Of a stretch of DNA of 64,000 nt, positions 1-9,045 are shown one piece after another (within the stretch, counting starts at the first letter, position 1; the number at the start of each line of letters is the position of its first letter). Below the pieces are notes generated by a model. The model searched no databases and was not told where the DNA came from. It was given only the letters and a program-made list of their open reading frames with translations. The DNA comes from a virus (taxonomy: Duplodnaviria; Caudoviricetes): positions 17,794 to 81,793 of IMG/VR virus record IMGVR_UViG_3300033072_001141, one strand, 5' to 3'. The translations under genes were made by a program, and so were the position numbers.

Positions 1-131
1 AAGTCGATCAGCTCCGCCCTGGACTTGTCGTCGAACGAGGTCTCGCTCGGGCGCGGCGGATCGAACTCGGGTCGGCGGATGGCACCGTCCGCGTTCTGCT
101 GCTCGACCAGGCGCATCATCGCCGAGTACAT
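1..131 (-). CDS. Hypothetical protein, 5' part only (runs off the window)
   Basis: ATG at 131 after AAGGAGAGG RBS at the end of the HNH gene; reads MYSAMMRLVEQQNADGAIRRPEFDPP..., open to position 1. Confidence 0.65.
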   Translation of the reverse strand, partial: MYSAMMRLVEQQNADGAIRRPEFDPPRPSETSFDDKSRAELID

Positions 132-133
132 AC

Positions 134-661
134 TCACCTCTCCTTCGACTCGTGGGCACGCATCCACGCTGCGATGCGGACGTGTTCTTCTGGCGTTCCG
201 TTGCTCTTGAGCGTGTTGGCGCGACCACTGATCACCGCGATGTTGCCGCACACATAGCCCAGCGACGGCTCAATCCTATCGAGCGTGGGCGAATGGTCAC
301 GGCGTCCCTTACCACGACCCTGCTCCAGCTTGATTCCGAGCACCGGACAGAACTCCGGAACGAAGATGTCATCGACCGAGATCTCGAACGGAACGCCCTT
401 CCGCTTTGCCCTGGCACGAGCCGACAGCCAAAGCTGTCTTGCTCTCGTCCTGTGAAGCCACTCGCGGCGCCACGCGGTGTACTTCTCGTGGTTTTTCTCT
501 CTGTACTTGGCGTGCGCTCGCGATCTGCACGCCTTGCACTGGTGGCCGCGTGCCCTCCTCTCGCTCTCCGGCTTGCTCTGCTGGCAGGTCGAGCAAACGA
601 ACGTCTGCTCTTCCGCCGGCTGAACAAGACGAAGATGCGAATCGAACATGACCGTCCTCAC
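134..661 (-). CDS. HNH/His-Me finger homing endonuclease with N-terminal CxxC pairs
   Basis: CSTC..CKAC, 'ARARAKRKGVPFEI', 'CPVLG', 'SPTLDRIEPSLGYVCGNIAVISGRANTLKSN'; start may be ATG 649. Confidence 0.8.
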   Translation of the reverse strand: MRTVMFDSHLRLVQPAEEQTFVCSTCQQSKPESERRARGHQCKACRSRAHAKYREKNHEKYTAWRREWLHRTRARQLWLSARARAKRKGVPFEISVDDIFVPEFCPVLGIKLEQGRGKGRRDHSPTLDRIEPSLGYVCGNIAVISGRANTLKSNGTPEEHVRIAAWMRAHESKER

Positions 662-1395
662 TTCGCGCGGCGCGCGGGCTTCTTGGGGGCTCGACCGTCG
701 CCGCTCTTGATCTCGCCGTCGTCGGCGAAGACCCGGAACGTCCCTGACCGCTGCCCGTTGTTCACGTCCGGCGGTGCCGAGTTCGGGCTGGTCGATCCTC
801 CGCGCTGGGACGAGGTCCTCACGGCGAAGTCGATCCCGAAGCGTTCACTCATGGCGCGCGCGGGGACCGGCACGCGGCCCTCACGAAGAGAGCGGATGAG
901 CGATCCCAGCTCGGGAACCGCCCTGTTCGCCGCCGCCGCCTCCAGCCTGCTGACCCAGCCGCGCCACTCCGTCCACTGCTCGTCGGTGGACTCGAACGCC
1001 GGCACGACGATGCGGTGCTGAACGAAGCTCTGGAGAAGGTCGATGAGCTTGTCGGTGGCGGGCCCGCGCCTCCAGCGCCCCGCCTCCTTGACCGCCCTGC
1101 CCGCCACCTCCGCGAGCCGCGACACCCACCGGAGCCAGTCCACCTCCGGGTCGGAGGTGGCCGTGTCGCGCTCCATGAGCGCCGAGAGCCGCACGAACGT
1201 CCTCGACTCGCCCTTCTGGCCGGCCGCCACGATCTCCTTCGCGGACATCTTCCGGTCGTCGTCTGGAACGCCGCACGCACGCTTGAGCGTGCTGAGCGCG
1301 ATGGCGATAGCCTGCTTCTGCGGCCTCCCGGCCTTCATCTCAGTAGAGATGTTGCGGCTAACAGCGCTGGCTACGCACGACTTGTCAAGCGGCAC
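658..1395 (-). CDS. Phage protein with 'NISTEMKAGRPQKQAIAIALS' N-terminal motif, possibly virion-associated
   Basis: GTG start after GGGGAGG RBS; N-terminal motif recalled from many phage hypothetical proteins. Confidence 0.7.
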   Translation of the reverse strand: MPLDKSCVASAVSRNISTEMKAGRPQKQAIAIALSTLKRACGVPDDDRKMSAKEIVAAGQKGESRTFVRLSALMERDTATSDPEVDWLRWVSRLAEVAGRAVKEAGRWRRGPATDKLIDLLQSFVQHRIVVPAFESTDEQWTEWRGWVSRLEAAAANRAVPELGSLIRSLREGRVPVPARAMSERFGIDFAVRTSSQRGGSTSPNSAPPDVNNGQRSGTFRVFADDGEIKSGDGRAPKKPARRAK

Positions 1396-2002
1396 GGCGG
1401 ACCTCCCCCTTCTGGTTCAGTTCACGGATGTTGGCGATGATCTTCGTCCGTGCTTCAAACTTCTCTTGCCCGATCGGGCCGCCGTTCGCCGCGATGTCGT
1501 CGAACTCGACCACCAGTTCGGCCTGCCTCTTCTTGACCACGAGCATTGAAGCGACCGCATCGAGCAGCCGACGCGCCTGCGCCGACGTGACGGTCCACTG
1601 CCAACTTGTCTTCCACTTCTCGTGGGTCTTCTTCTTGCGACAGACGTGACCACCGATCTTCCGCTTGAGCCACTCGACGAGGGGATAGCTGGTGTTGGTG
1701 ACGGTCACGCGGAGCTGCGCTTTGGCTGCGTTGCCCCAAGTGAACCCAACGCATCCCTCTCCGTCGATGATGCCGGCGATGTAACCGCGCTCCGCGTCCG
1801 AAAGGACCAGCGGTCCAAGCCTGCGCCGCTGAGCGTTCACCCGCGGAACGCCAGCCTCCTTGAGAGCCGCAGACACCGTCGCGTCACCCACTCGCTGATC
1901 CTTGGCGATCTTTCGGATCGACCACCCGGCGCGGTAAAGATCCACGATCCGACCACGCCGGTCGTTGGCCATGTGCTCAATGGCGCTCTTATCCAGCGGC
2001 AC
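1385..2002 (-). CDS. LAGLIDADG homing endonuclease with N-terminal HTH
   Basis: 'GYIAGIIDGEGCV' motif; HTH-like 'WSIRKIAKDQRVGDATVSAALK'; start re-called at GTG 2002 after CAGGAGG RBS. Confidence 0.85.
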   Translation of the reverse strand: MPLDKSAIEHMANDRRGRIVDLYRAGWSIRKIAKDQRVGDATVSAALKEAGVPRVNAQRRRLGPLVLSDAERGYIAGIIDGEGCVGFTWGNAAKAQLRVTVTNTSYPLVEWLKRKIGGHVCRKKKTHEKWKTSWQWTVTSAQARRLLDAVASMLVVKKRQAELVVEFDDIAANGGPIGQEKFEARTKIIANIRELNQKGEVRRAA

Positions 2003-2234
2003 GTCGAGCCTCCTGACGGAGCTTGGCCATGTACTCCTTGACCTGGTCGGATCCGTTGCGCTCGATGTAGTCGCTGACCGCCCGCGAGAGGATGTCGCCG
2101 GGCTCGCACTTCTCATCGACCGCCTGGAGCCCGAGCACGTCCCAGACGGAACGCGAGATGAGCATCATCATGGCGTCTCCGCCACGTGTCACCTCGCGTT
2201 CGAGGGGGGTCTCGACTGGTTGGGCCTTCGCCAC
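1989..2234 (-). CDS. Small hypothetical protein, possible ribbon-helix-helix
   Basis: 81 aa; 'MLISRSVWDVL...GDILSRAVSDYIER' fits an RHH pattern. Confidence 0.5.
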   Translation of the reverse strand: MAKAQPVETPLEREVTRGGDAMMMLISRSVWDVLGLQAVDEKCEPGDILSRAVSDYIERNGSDQVKEYMAKLRQEARRAAG

Positions 2235-2275
2235 GCACCCGAATCTACCGGATGCCCGGCGCCCGGTCTACGCGA

Positions 2276-3055
2276 TCAGCGGTAGCCGCCCTGGGGGATG
2301 CGCGGCCTCAGGTAGGAGGGTAGGACCCTCGACCCGCGCATGTTCTTGCGGTCGTGGAACCGAACCCGGTTCCCGAACTGCACGACCTCCGCGAACTCCA
2401 GGCTGACCTCCAGGATGCGGGGCACGCCGTTCGGGAACCACGCCTCGTAGGTCACGTCGCACTGGGTCATGACGCACACGACGTAGTCGGATCCGTCGTG
2501 CCCGAGCCTGGTGTTCGGGAGGACCAGGATGGCCTTGGGAGGCTCGTAGGCCCGAAGGTCCGCGCCGTCGCCGTACGACGGGTAGGTGAAGTACCGGAGC
2601 CAGTTCACGGCCGACCGGATGTCCATGTCCCTGGTGCCCTTCTGGATGGCCGTCAGGAGGGACACGTCGGCGTACGGGTCGTCACGCCCCGAGGTCTCGT
2701 CGGGGGGTGCCGTGTCGGTCGTGAAGACCGCCTGGAAGGAGATCCGGCGCTCGCCGCCGTGGGTCCACTGGTAGATGGGATGCGACCCGCCAGGGATCGA
2801 CCTCGGGTTCCACTCGGCGCCCCGGCTGTCCGTCAGGCTCTCGGGCCAGTATTGCAGCGCCAGGTAGGTGTTCCTGGCCGTCTCGAACGAGTCGAACGTC
2901 GAGAGGTCACCTGTCGGCGCGTCGGCGAAGTCGTTTGCCCACGGCACCGTCTCGCCCGGGGCCGTGTCCATCGCTCCGATGAGCGCCTGAGCCAGGCGCG
3001 TCTCGTGCTGGACGTTGAGCGCCTGGGTGATGATGTTCTGCGGGACGGCGACCAC
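2276..3055 (-). CDS. Tail tube initiator (CIS-tube / T4 gp48-54 / P2 gpU-like)
   Basis: 'LQYWPESLTDSRGAEW...PIYQWTHGGERRISFQAVF...PPKAILV...VCVMTQCDVTYEAWFPNGVPRILEVSLEFAE'. Confidence 0.7.
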   Translation of the reverse strand: MVAVPQNIITQALNVQHETRLAQALIGAMDTAPGETVPWANDFADAPTGDLSTFDSFETARNTYLALQYWPESLTDSRGAEWNPRSIPGGSHPIYQWTHGGERRISFQAVFTTDTAPPDETSGRDDPYADVSLLTAIQKGTRDMDIRSAVNWLRYFTYPSYGDGADLRAYEPPKAILVLPNTRLGHDGSDYVVCVMTQCDVTYEAWFPNGVPRILEVSLEFAEVVQFGNRVRFHDRKNMRGSRVLPSYLRPRIPQGGYR

Positions 3056-3058
3056 GGA

Positions 3059-3250
3059 TCACTCCGTGATGAGTCCGCCGCGGATCGCGAGCTGGCGGAG
3101 CAGCTCGTCCTTCTCGGCCTTGTTCATCGACTCGAACGTCTTCCCGCCCGAAGAGGGCGCGGGGGCGATCCGCTCGTTCATCCTGTCCGTCGCCGCGTCG
3201 GCCTGGGGGTCGATGCCGCGGACTGGGCGCGCAGACTTGGCCATGGTCAC
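3059..3250 (-). CDS. Hypothetical protein
   Basis: 63 aa ORF coupled to its neighbours. Confidence 0.5.
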   Translation of the reverse strand: MTMAKSARPVRGIDPQADAATDRMNERIAPAPSSGGKTFESMNKAEKDELLRQLAIRGGLITE

Positions 3251-3618
3251 TCCTCCTGCTTCTGCTTCTTCCGCCTGTTGATGATGAGCGTGACCTCGCT
3301 CCCGCGCACGGAAACCTGCGCCAGCACGAAGTGCCGCCGGAAGGTGCCGATGACGATGCCTCCGATGGGCATGTGACCTGGCTTCACGTGGTCGGCGAGG
3401 ACCTCGACCGCGTTGGTCTCCGTGTTCTGCGCCAGGTAGACGAGATGGTCCCCTTCGGCGGAGCAGTCCACTTCGTAGTCGTCGTCGAGGCCGAGGTCGC
3501 GCCCGTCGGCGATGAAGGAGCCCTTCTTCACGGAGAGAACGGACCCGTTCATGGACACGTCCATGTCCACTTCGAGTCCGGTCAACGCCGGAAGCACGCT
3601 TTCCACGATCTGCATCAC
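3247..3618 (-). CDS. Hypothetical protein (tail region)
   Basis: 123 aa ORF, 4-nt overlap with the downstream gene. Confidence 0.6.
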   Translation of the reverse strand: MMQIVESVLPALTGLEVDMDVSMNGSVLSVKKGSFIADGRDLGLDDDYEVDCSAEGDHLVYLAQNTETNAVEVLADHVKPGHMPIGGIVIGTFRRHFVLAQVSVRGSEVTLIINRRKKQKQEE

Positions 3619-3627
3619 GCGCTCCGA

Positions 3628-5787
3628 TCAGGTCTGAGTCCCGAACAGGATGAAGTTGAACGTCGCCATGCGGCCGGCCACATCGACGGCGAGGCCCGTC
3701 GCGGTGTCGAACATGGCGAAGTAGTGGGCCGTCGGCGACACCTGGACGTACGCGAAGGAGTACCCGAGCGTGTTGGTCGAAGCGAACCCGACCGCGTCAT
3801 CGATCCCCACTCCGGTGGTGACCACGATGATGTGGCTGCCGCCCGCGAGCTGCCTCACCTGGGCGAAGTTGTAGCCGCCGACCACCGTCATGAGCGTCGG
3901 GAACGCCACGCCGGTGTTGGACTTGCCCCACGACTTGCAGATGTTCTTGGCGTAGAGCGTGTTCTTCGCCGTCGTCGAAGTGGGGCTCGGGTTCGACTCG
4001 GTCGTGGACGGTCTGTAGAAGTGCAGCGAGCCGTTCTCCAGGAGCATCTTCCCGGCGCCCACCTCGTATCCGCCGGGCGAGAACGGCACGCCGCCGATGC
4101 CGGCTCCGCCGAGCATCATGTTCGCGTAGTCCCACCCACGCGGAGAGTCCACGGGGATCGACGTGAGCTGGTCGAGCCAGCCCGCCGCGACGGAGCTGAT
4201 CATGTTCATCTCGAACACGCCGAAGATCGTGTTGCAGAAGGAGAACTTCTGGGCCTTCTGCGCGGCTCCGCTGGTGTTGTCCGCGTACCAGAGCGCGTCC
4301 GCGACATCCCACCTCGCGTTGATCGTGAACTCGAACCCGATGGCGGTTCCGGCGGAGGTGATGTCCTCGAACCTCGTGAGGTAGAGGCGGCACCTCTCCG
4401 TGATGCCGCTCAGCGTGCCCTCGTAGATGAGGACGCGTCGATCGCCGGTCGTGTCGCCCATGACCAGACGGGGGATCTCCGACTGGTCGGTCCCGGTGAA
4501 CCCAGAGAACTCGATCTGACCGTTCAGCAGCACGTCGCGCCAGAGACCCTGGCCGCGCATGAGGCGGAACACCTGCTCGATGACCGGAGGCCCCGCGAGC
4601 TGCGACGCCTTCACCATGAGCGCGGTTCGCTGGAGGAACTCGGCCATGGTCGTCGGCGCGTTGCTGTCGAACCCACCGCCGGGGTTCAGCGCGAGGCTGT
4701 CGAACGCCTGGGTGTCGCCCAGGTGAGCCTGCTCGAACACGTCGTCGATCGGGTGGATGCCCTCCACCCAGCACTTCACGTCGTCGAAGTAGATGGACCC
4801 CGCCGCCAGCGACGCGCCGTTGTTGTTGATGCCGACGTGCGGGCGCATCCAGACCGCGCCGGTGGGCACCTCGACCACACCGTCCACGAGCGTGTACGCG
4901 AACGACCCCGACAGCGTGTTGTCCTCGATCCACACCGTGGAGAGGAGGGTCATGTCGTTGTCGTAGAACAGCAGGGCCATGCCCTGGTGACCGCCCACCG
5001 CGATGCCTGGCCACGCGTTGCCGCGCATCCTCAGGCGCCCGCGCACGTACATGCCCGCGGAGACGCGCACGCGACGGTCGTGGATCAGCAGCCGGTTGTT
5101 GACCACGCCTGGGGCCGGCTGTTCGAGCTGGAACTCGCGGGTCCCCTCGTACGGGGCCGTCGTCGAGATGCGGTAGTTCGGCGTGCCGAACCCCGTGCCG
5201 GTCCACCCCTCGATCCCGAAGAACGACGAGAAGCCGGCAGCGAACGCGCGCTCGAATCCGCCGTTCTTGATGATCTGGTGCCAGGAGTCCGGAGCACGAT
5301 CGTCCCACGCCATCCGACGCGCGGTCGGCGTGATGTTCGCCGCCGGGATCGGACCGACGCCAGGGACGACGACGCGCCCGAGGATGACGACGAACGGCGC
5401 CTCGGCCACCGGGGCCGTGAACAGCTCGGCCTGCGTGTAGGCGCGCCAGTTCACGACGGTGGTCGAGCCGATCGTGTAGCCGACGAAGAGGCAGATGTAG
5501 ACCGTCTGGCCAGCCAGCGCGGCGAGGTCGAGCGAGACGATGCCGTCCTGCCTGACGGTGAACTGGAGGTCGTTCACGTCCTGGTAGGAGTAGATTGAGT
5601 CGCCCTCGACCGAGTCGGGGACGATGTTGATGCCGAACCCGGCGCCGGTCGTCTGGAGCTTGCCGCCCCGAACGACGCCCGAGCCGACGAGGCCGAAGAG
5701 CTTCTTGTTCAAGCCCTGCGAGACGTAGGGCTCCTTGAATCGCACCTGCGCGATGGAGTCCCCGGGGTTGTCGAGCGTCGTCGGCAT
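3628..5787 (-). CDS. Tail fibre/receptor-binding protein with carbohydrate-binding-module-like domain
   Basis: 719 aa, beta-rich; 'IIKNGGFE...GW' CBM4/9-like start; position after baseplate genes. Confidence 0.6.
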   Translation of the reverse strand: MPTTLDNPGDSIAQVRFKEPYVSQGLNKKLFGLVGSGVVRGGKLQTTGAGFGINIVPDSVEGDSIYSYQDVNDLQFTVRQDGIVSLDLAALAGQTVYICLFVGYTIGSTTVVNWRAYTQAELFTAPVAEAPFVVILGRVVVPGVGPIPAANITPTARRMAWDDRAPDSWHQIIKNGGFERAFAAGFSSFFGIEGWTGTGFGTPNYRISTTAPYEGTREFQLEQPAPGVVNNRLLIHDRRVRVSAGMYVRGRLRMRGNAWPGIAVGGHQGMALLFYDNDMTLLSTVWIEDNTLSGSFAYTLVDGVVEVPTGAVWMRPHVGINNNGASLAAGSIYFDDVKCWVEGIHPIDDVFEQAHLGDTQAFDSLALNPGGGFDSNAPTTMAEFLQRTALMVKASQLAGPPVIEQVFRLMRGQGLWRDVLLNGQIEFSGFTGTDQSEIPRLVMGDTTGDRRVLIYEGTLSGITERCRLYLTRFEDITSAGTAIGFEFTINARWDVADALWYADNTSGAAQKAQKFSFCNTIFGVFEMNMISSVAAGWLDQLTSIPVDSPRGWDYANMMLGGAGIGGVPFSPGGYEVGAGKMLLENGSLHFYRPSTTESNPSPTSTTAKNTLYAKNICKSWGKSNTGVAFPTLMTVVGGYNFAQVRQLAGGSHIIVVTTGVGIDDAVGFASTNTLGYSFAYVQVSPTAHYFAMFDTATGLAVDVAGRMATFNFILFGTQT

Positions 5788-5799
5788 CTGCTTCTCCTA

Positions 5800-6417
5800 C
5801 TACCTCGGCGGCGAGAATACCGCATCCTTTGGATCCCACCCAGCCTTGAGCCGCGAGTGGATGGTGACCGCCTTCACGCCGGAGACCTCCGACCAGCCGG
5901 CCACGCACTTCGCGACCCCGTCGATGGTCAACATGACGTTCGACCGCCGGTTCCGCTGTTGCTGGCGCCACGTCTCCCACCGAACGTTGCCAGGTTCGTA
6001 GCCCTTGTCGTTGTCGATCCTGCCGACCGAAAACCCACTCCCTGGACGCCGACCAATGTGCTCCAGGAACAGCGTGAAGCCGCCCTCGCCAATCCATTCA
6101 GCGCACACGCCGATCCCACGATCGTGGTAGTCGGCGCGATCACGGTGCCCCGGCTTCGTGCGAGCCAGCATCGCCTGCCAGGCTGCGTACTCCGCTGACC
6201 GTCTGTCCTTCGAGCTTCCTCCAGACTCTCCGTGTCCCACCGACTTGCATCTGGTGCATGAAACCCTCTGCGGAAGCTCGTACGACCGCATCATCTTCTC
6301 GGTGCCACAGTCGCATCGGCAGAGTTGACGTGTGACGCCGCTGGATCCATCGGGAAGTGACACCACCGTCCACTTCCCAAACCGCGCTCCGACCGGATGC
6401 ACAACCCTGTGTCGCAT
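5800..6417 (-). CDS. HNH/His-Me finger homing endonuclease
   Basis: 'GKWTV...CRCDCG', 'YAAWQAMLAR', 'RGIGVCAEW', 'SVGRIDNDKGYEPGNVRW..QQRNRRSN'. Confidence 0.85.
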   Translation of the reverse strand: MRHRVVHPVGARFGKWTVVSLPDGSSGVTRQLCRCDCGTEKMMRSYELPQRVSCTRCKSVGHGESGGSSKDRRSAEYAAWQAMLARTKPGHRDRADYHDRGIGVCAEWIGEGGFTLFLEHIGRRPGSGFSVGRIDNDKGYEPGNVRWETWRQQQRNRRSNVMLTIDGVAKCVAGWSEVSGVKAVTIHSRLKAGWDPKDAVFSPPR

Positions 6418-6440
6418 CCAGGCGTTGTAACTCAGTCAGA

Positions 6441-6452
6441 ACGATAGCACAA
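6441..6452 (-). promoter_or_regulatory. Putative extended -10 promoter TTGTGCTATCGT upstream of the HNH gene
   Basis: TGnTAnnnT match in an AT-richer gap; the same TTGTGCTA occurs at 34331-34342. Confidence 0.45.
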
Positions 6453-7157
6453 CTAGAAGACAATCTGGATTATGTGATTGAGCTGGACGGCGCCCGTCTT
6501 CGTCTCCAGATCGAACGTGATGTAGGCGACCATCACGCCGTTCGAGTCGAACAGACCCAGCTCGAAGAACTCGGGAGGGTTGCCGAGCTGATCGAGGTTC
6601 GCCTCGGCCGCGAGCACGATGGCGTCGATCTCCGTGATCGCCGGCAGCGACGAGAACAGGGTCACGTCGGCGGCGAGGAGCGTCTTGCGGAAGGTGAAGA
6701 GGGGCTCATCCGCCTTCCTCACCGATCGGCCCGCCAGCGTCGCACCGCCGTACCCGGCCGTCAGAGTGACCTGGAGGTTGTTGTCCACCGTGAGGATCTG
6801 ACCCCAGGTGTCCACCTCCGTGCCGGGAGTCCCGGCCGACCCGGGGGACACGCTCGGAGTGGGCCCTGGCTTGATCCAGTCGCCGACCGCGAGGTCCGCG
6901 ATGAACGACGTGCCCACCCCGGTCACGATCGGTGAGCCGTTCGTGAACGTCGCCGTGCCTCCGCCGGCCAGCTCCGCTCCTTCGGATTCGAGGTCCACGC
7001 GCGTCGCGGCGGGAGCGACGGGCTGCTTCGGAGGGACATCGACGAAGCCGCCCTCGCCGATCTTGAAGAAAGTGATCTCGGCCTGCGTGTCGCCGCGGGC
7101 GAAGACGCGCGCGAGGACGGTTCGCCAGACGTTGGGGATGATGCCCTGGACCGCCAC
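6453..7157 (-). CDS. Tail collar/fibre attachment protein (P2 gpH N-terminal-like)
   Basis: 'ITFFKIGEGG...FFELGLFDSNGVMVAYITF..TKT' pattern; follows the gpI-like gene. Confidence 0.65.
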   Translation of the reverse strand: MAVQGIIPNVWRTVLARVFARGDTQAEITFFKIGEGGFVDVPPKQPVAPAATRVDLESEGAELAGGGTATFTNGSPIVTGVGTSFIADLAVGDWIKPGPTPSVSPGSAGTPGTEVDTWGQILTVDNNLQVTLTAGYGGATLAGRSVRKADEPLFTFRKTLLAADVTLFSSLPAITEIDAIVLAAEANLDQLGNPPEFFELGLFDSNGVMVAYITFDLETKTGAVQLNHIIQIVF

Positions 7158-7178
7158 TTCTTCTGCTCCTGCTCCTGC

Positions 7179-8747
7179 TTACGGGATCGTGAAGACCGTC
7201 CCCGTCACTACCATGTGATCGGGGTCGATCGGAAGCTCGTCCGCCGGGACGATGTCGTAGTAGTACCCCAACGGGCCGTAGGCGAACACCACCGGGGATG
7301 TCGTCACGGTCAGCGAGATGTTCATCGGGATCTGGACCGGCCCGATGATGTGGACGATGTCGGTGATCCGCACGTGGACCGGCACCACCTGGAGGATCTT
7401 GCGGATCAGGCGCGTGAGAGCGCCGTCCAGGAGCGCCGTGGGGTCGGACAGCACCTCGACCGGAACCACCTCGATGCGGATGACCGAGGCCGCGCAGAAC
7501 CCGCACCCGGTCACCTCTCGGCACTCGTACTCCAGATCCATCGTGGCGCCGAACGTCGGGGCCGTCCCGGCCAGAACCTCGAACTCCCACACGCCCGGAG
7601 CGGTCTCCTCCGGCAGCGTCTCCAGCCAGAGCTGGCTGGCCGGCATCCCGGCGGCCACCGCGTACCACTGCCCGATGCCCACGATGGGCGAAAGATCTGC
7701 GCCTGGCCCCAGGGCCACCCGCCACCGCCCACCGCCCAGGTTCGTGGTCGAGAGGATCGGCGTGGCGTTCATCGTCCAGCCGATGGCCTCCTGGAGCGTG
7801 ATCCCTGGAGGCAGGCCGACCGGCGGCGGAACTGGATCGGCGAGGCTGTCTTCGACCTCGAAGGTGCCGGCCTGGTCGAACGATCCGCCGGTTCCATCGT
7901 CCGACACCTCCCAGCAGAAGGTGTCGAGCGGGATCACGTCGGCCGCGATCTCGTCGAACCGCGGGAGCATCGGCTCCACCCGCGTGTAGTACCTGCCGCT
8001 GCCCGACGGCAGCTCGAAGATGTCGGACGGATCGATGGCATCCGGGAACGGAGGCCCGGACAGCGCCCAGAGCTGGAACGGGGTCACCCTGTAGCCGGCG
8101 ATCTTGCCGAGGATGTCGTAGCTCTTCGCCGACCCCTTGAGATCGAGCCACTGGACCGCGTTGCGGACCGAGCTGCGCTGGAACGCCTCCGGCTCGTGGA
8201 AGTCCACCTCGATGCCGTAGTCGGCCCCGAGCAGTTCGATCAGGCTCGGCGGACGGAGCGTGGCGTCCGGCACGCCCGACACGGCGCTGACCGCCGGCAG
8301 CTCGGCGATGCCGGTCACCTCGACGACGTTCGGCCGGAGCTTGTGGACCGCGTTGACCTTGTACTCCCTGCCCAGCCGATCCTTGAGGATCCAGCCGAGG
8401 CTCGTGTCTCCGAGCGGGACAAACGGGTCGCTGGGATCGGGGTCTCCGAGCGTCACCTCGATGACGCGACCGACGGAAACCGCGCTGGTGATCTCGACGG
8501 AGATGTTCTCGTTGAACTGCGTGCGGACCGTGTCCGAGTCGCGCAGGTCTCCGAAGTGGAGGACCTTCTCGAAGAGGTAGTCGAAGCTCGGTCTGATCGA
8601 GTCGGCGAACTTCTCCAGGCGACCACCGCCCACGTCGATGTCGAGCTGGCGATCGATCTCGGGCAGATCGTTGAAGAGCACCTGCTTCGACCAGTTGAAC
8701 CGGCCGAAGGGTCCGTACCCGAAGGGTCCTGCTCCGAAGCCCGGCAT
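7179..8747 (-). CDS. Baseplate wedge protein (P2 gpI/T4 gp7-like)
   Basis: 'LIELLGADYG...QRSSVRNAVQWLDLKGSAKSY..LG..AGY..T' and C-terminal 'ILQVVPVHVRI'. Confidence 0.65.
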   Translation of the reverse strand: MPGFGAGPFGYGPFGRFNWSKQVLFNDLPEIDRQLDIDVGGGRLEKFADSIRPSFDYLFEKVLHFGDLRDSDTVRTQFNENISVEITSAVSVGRVIEVTLGDPDPSDPFVPLGDTSLGWILKDRLGREYKVNAVHKLRPNVVEVTGIAELPAVSAVSGVPDATLRPPSLIELLGADYGIEVDFHEPEAFQRSSVRNAVQWLDLKGSAKSYDILGKIAGYRVTPFQLWALSGPPFPDAIDPSDIFELPSGSGRYYTRVEPMLPRFDEIAADVIPLDTFCWEVSDDGTGGSFDQAGTFEVEDSLADPVPPPVGLPPGITLQEAIGWTMNATPILSTTNLGGGRWRVALGPGADLSPIVGIGQWYAVAAGMPASQLWLETLPEETAPGVWEFEVLAGTAPTFGATMDLEYECREVTGCGFCAASVIRIEVVPVEVLSDPTALLDGALTRLIRKILQVVPVHVRITDIVHIIGPVQIPMNISLTVTTSPVVFAYGPLGYYYDIVPADELPIDPDHMVVTGTVFTIP

Positions 8748-8750
8748 CGG

Positions 8751-9041
8751 TCAGTCCTGCACCAGTTCGCGGATCTTGACGATCGAGTGCGAGGAGATGG
8801 CGCCGGTGTAGTTCGGCGTCGTCTCCGTAGAGAGCGGGGTCGGATCGACCTCGGTCTTCTCGTAGTAGCACCAGCCGAAGGTGCCCGCGTCCCAGACCCG
8901 CTGGAGGTAGATGAGCGACGGCTCGGGCCACGGATCGAAGCCGCCCGCCGTGGGCGCACCGGTCGTCGTCGTCGCCACCGTGTAGAGCGGCTGGAACGTG
9001 CCACCGGTGAGCGCCTGCGTGTTGGTCCAGACGACGGCCAT
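8751..9041 (-). CDS. Small virion structural protein, hypothetical
   Basis: 96 aa, Thr/Gly-rich, within the tail cluster. Confidence 0.55.
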   Translation of the reverse strand: MAVVWTNTQALTGGTFQPLYTVATTTTGAPTAGGFDPWPEPSLIYLQRVWDAGTFGWCYYEKTEVDPTPLSTETTPNYTGAISSHSIVKIRELVQD

Positions 9042-9045
9042 GGTG

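Noticed and set aside
5787-6453. Start duplication for the fibre / HNH pair
   Set aside because: No MPTTLDN-like sequence found upstream of the HNH in the frames examined
7160-7180. Short CTCCTG repeat between tail genes
   Set aside because: Reads as a repeated AGGAG RBS-like sequence on the minus strand and is too short to be informative
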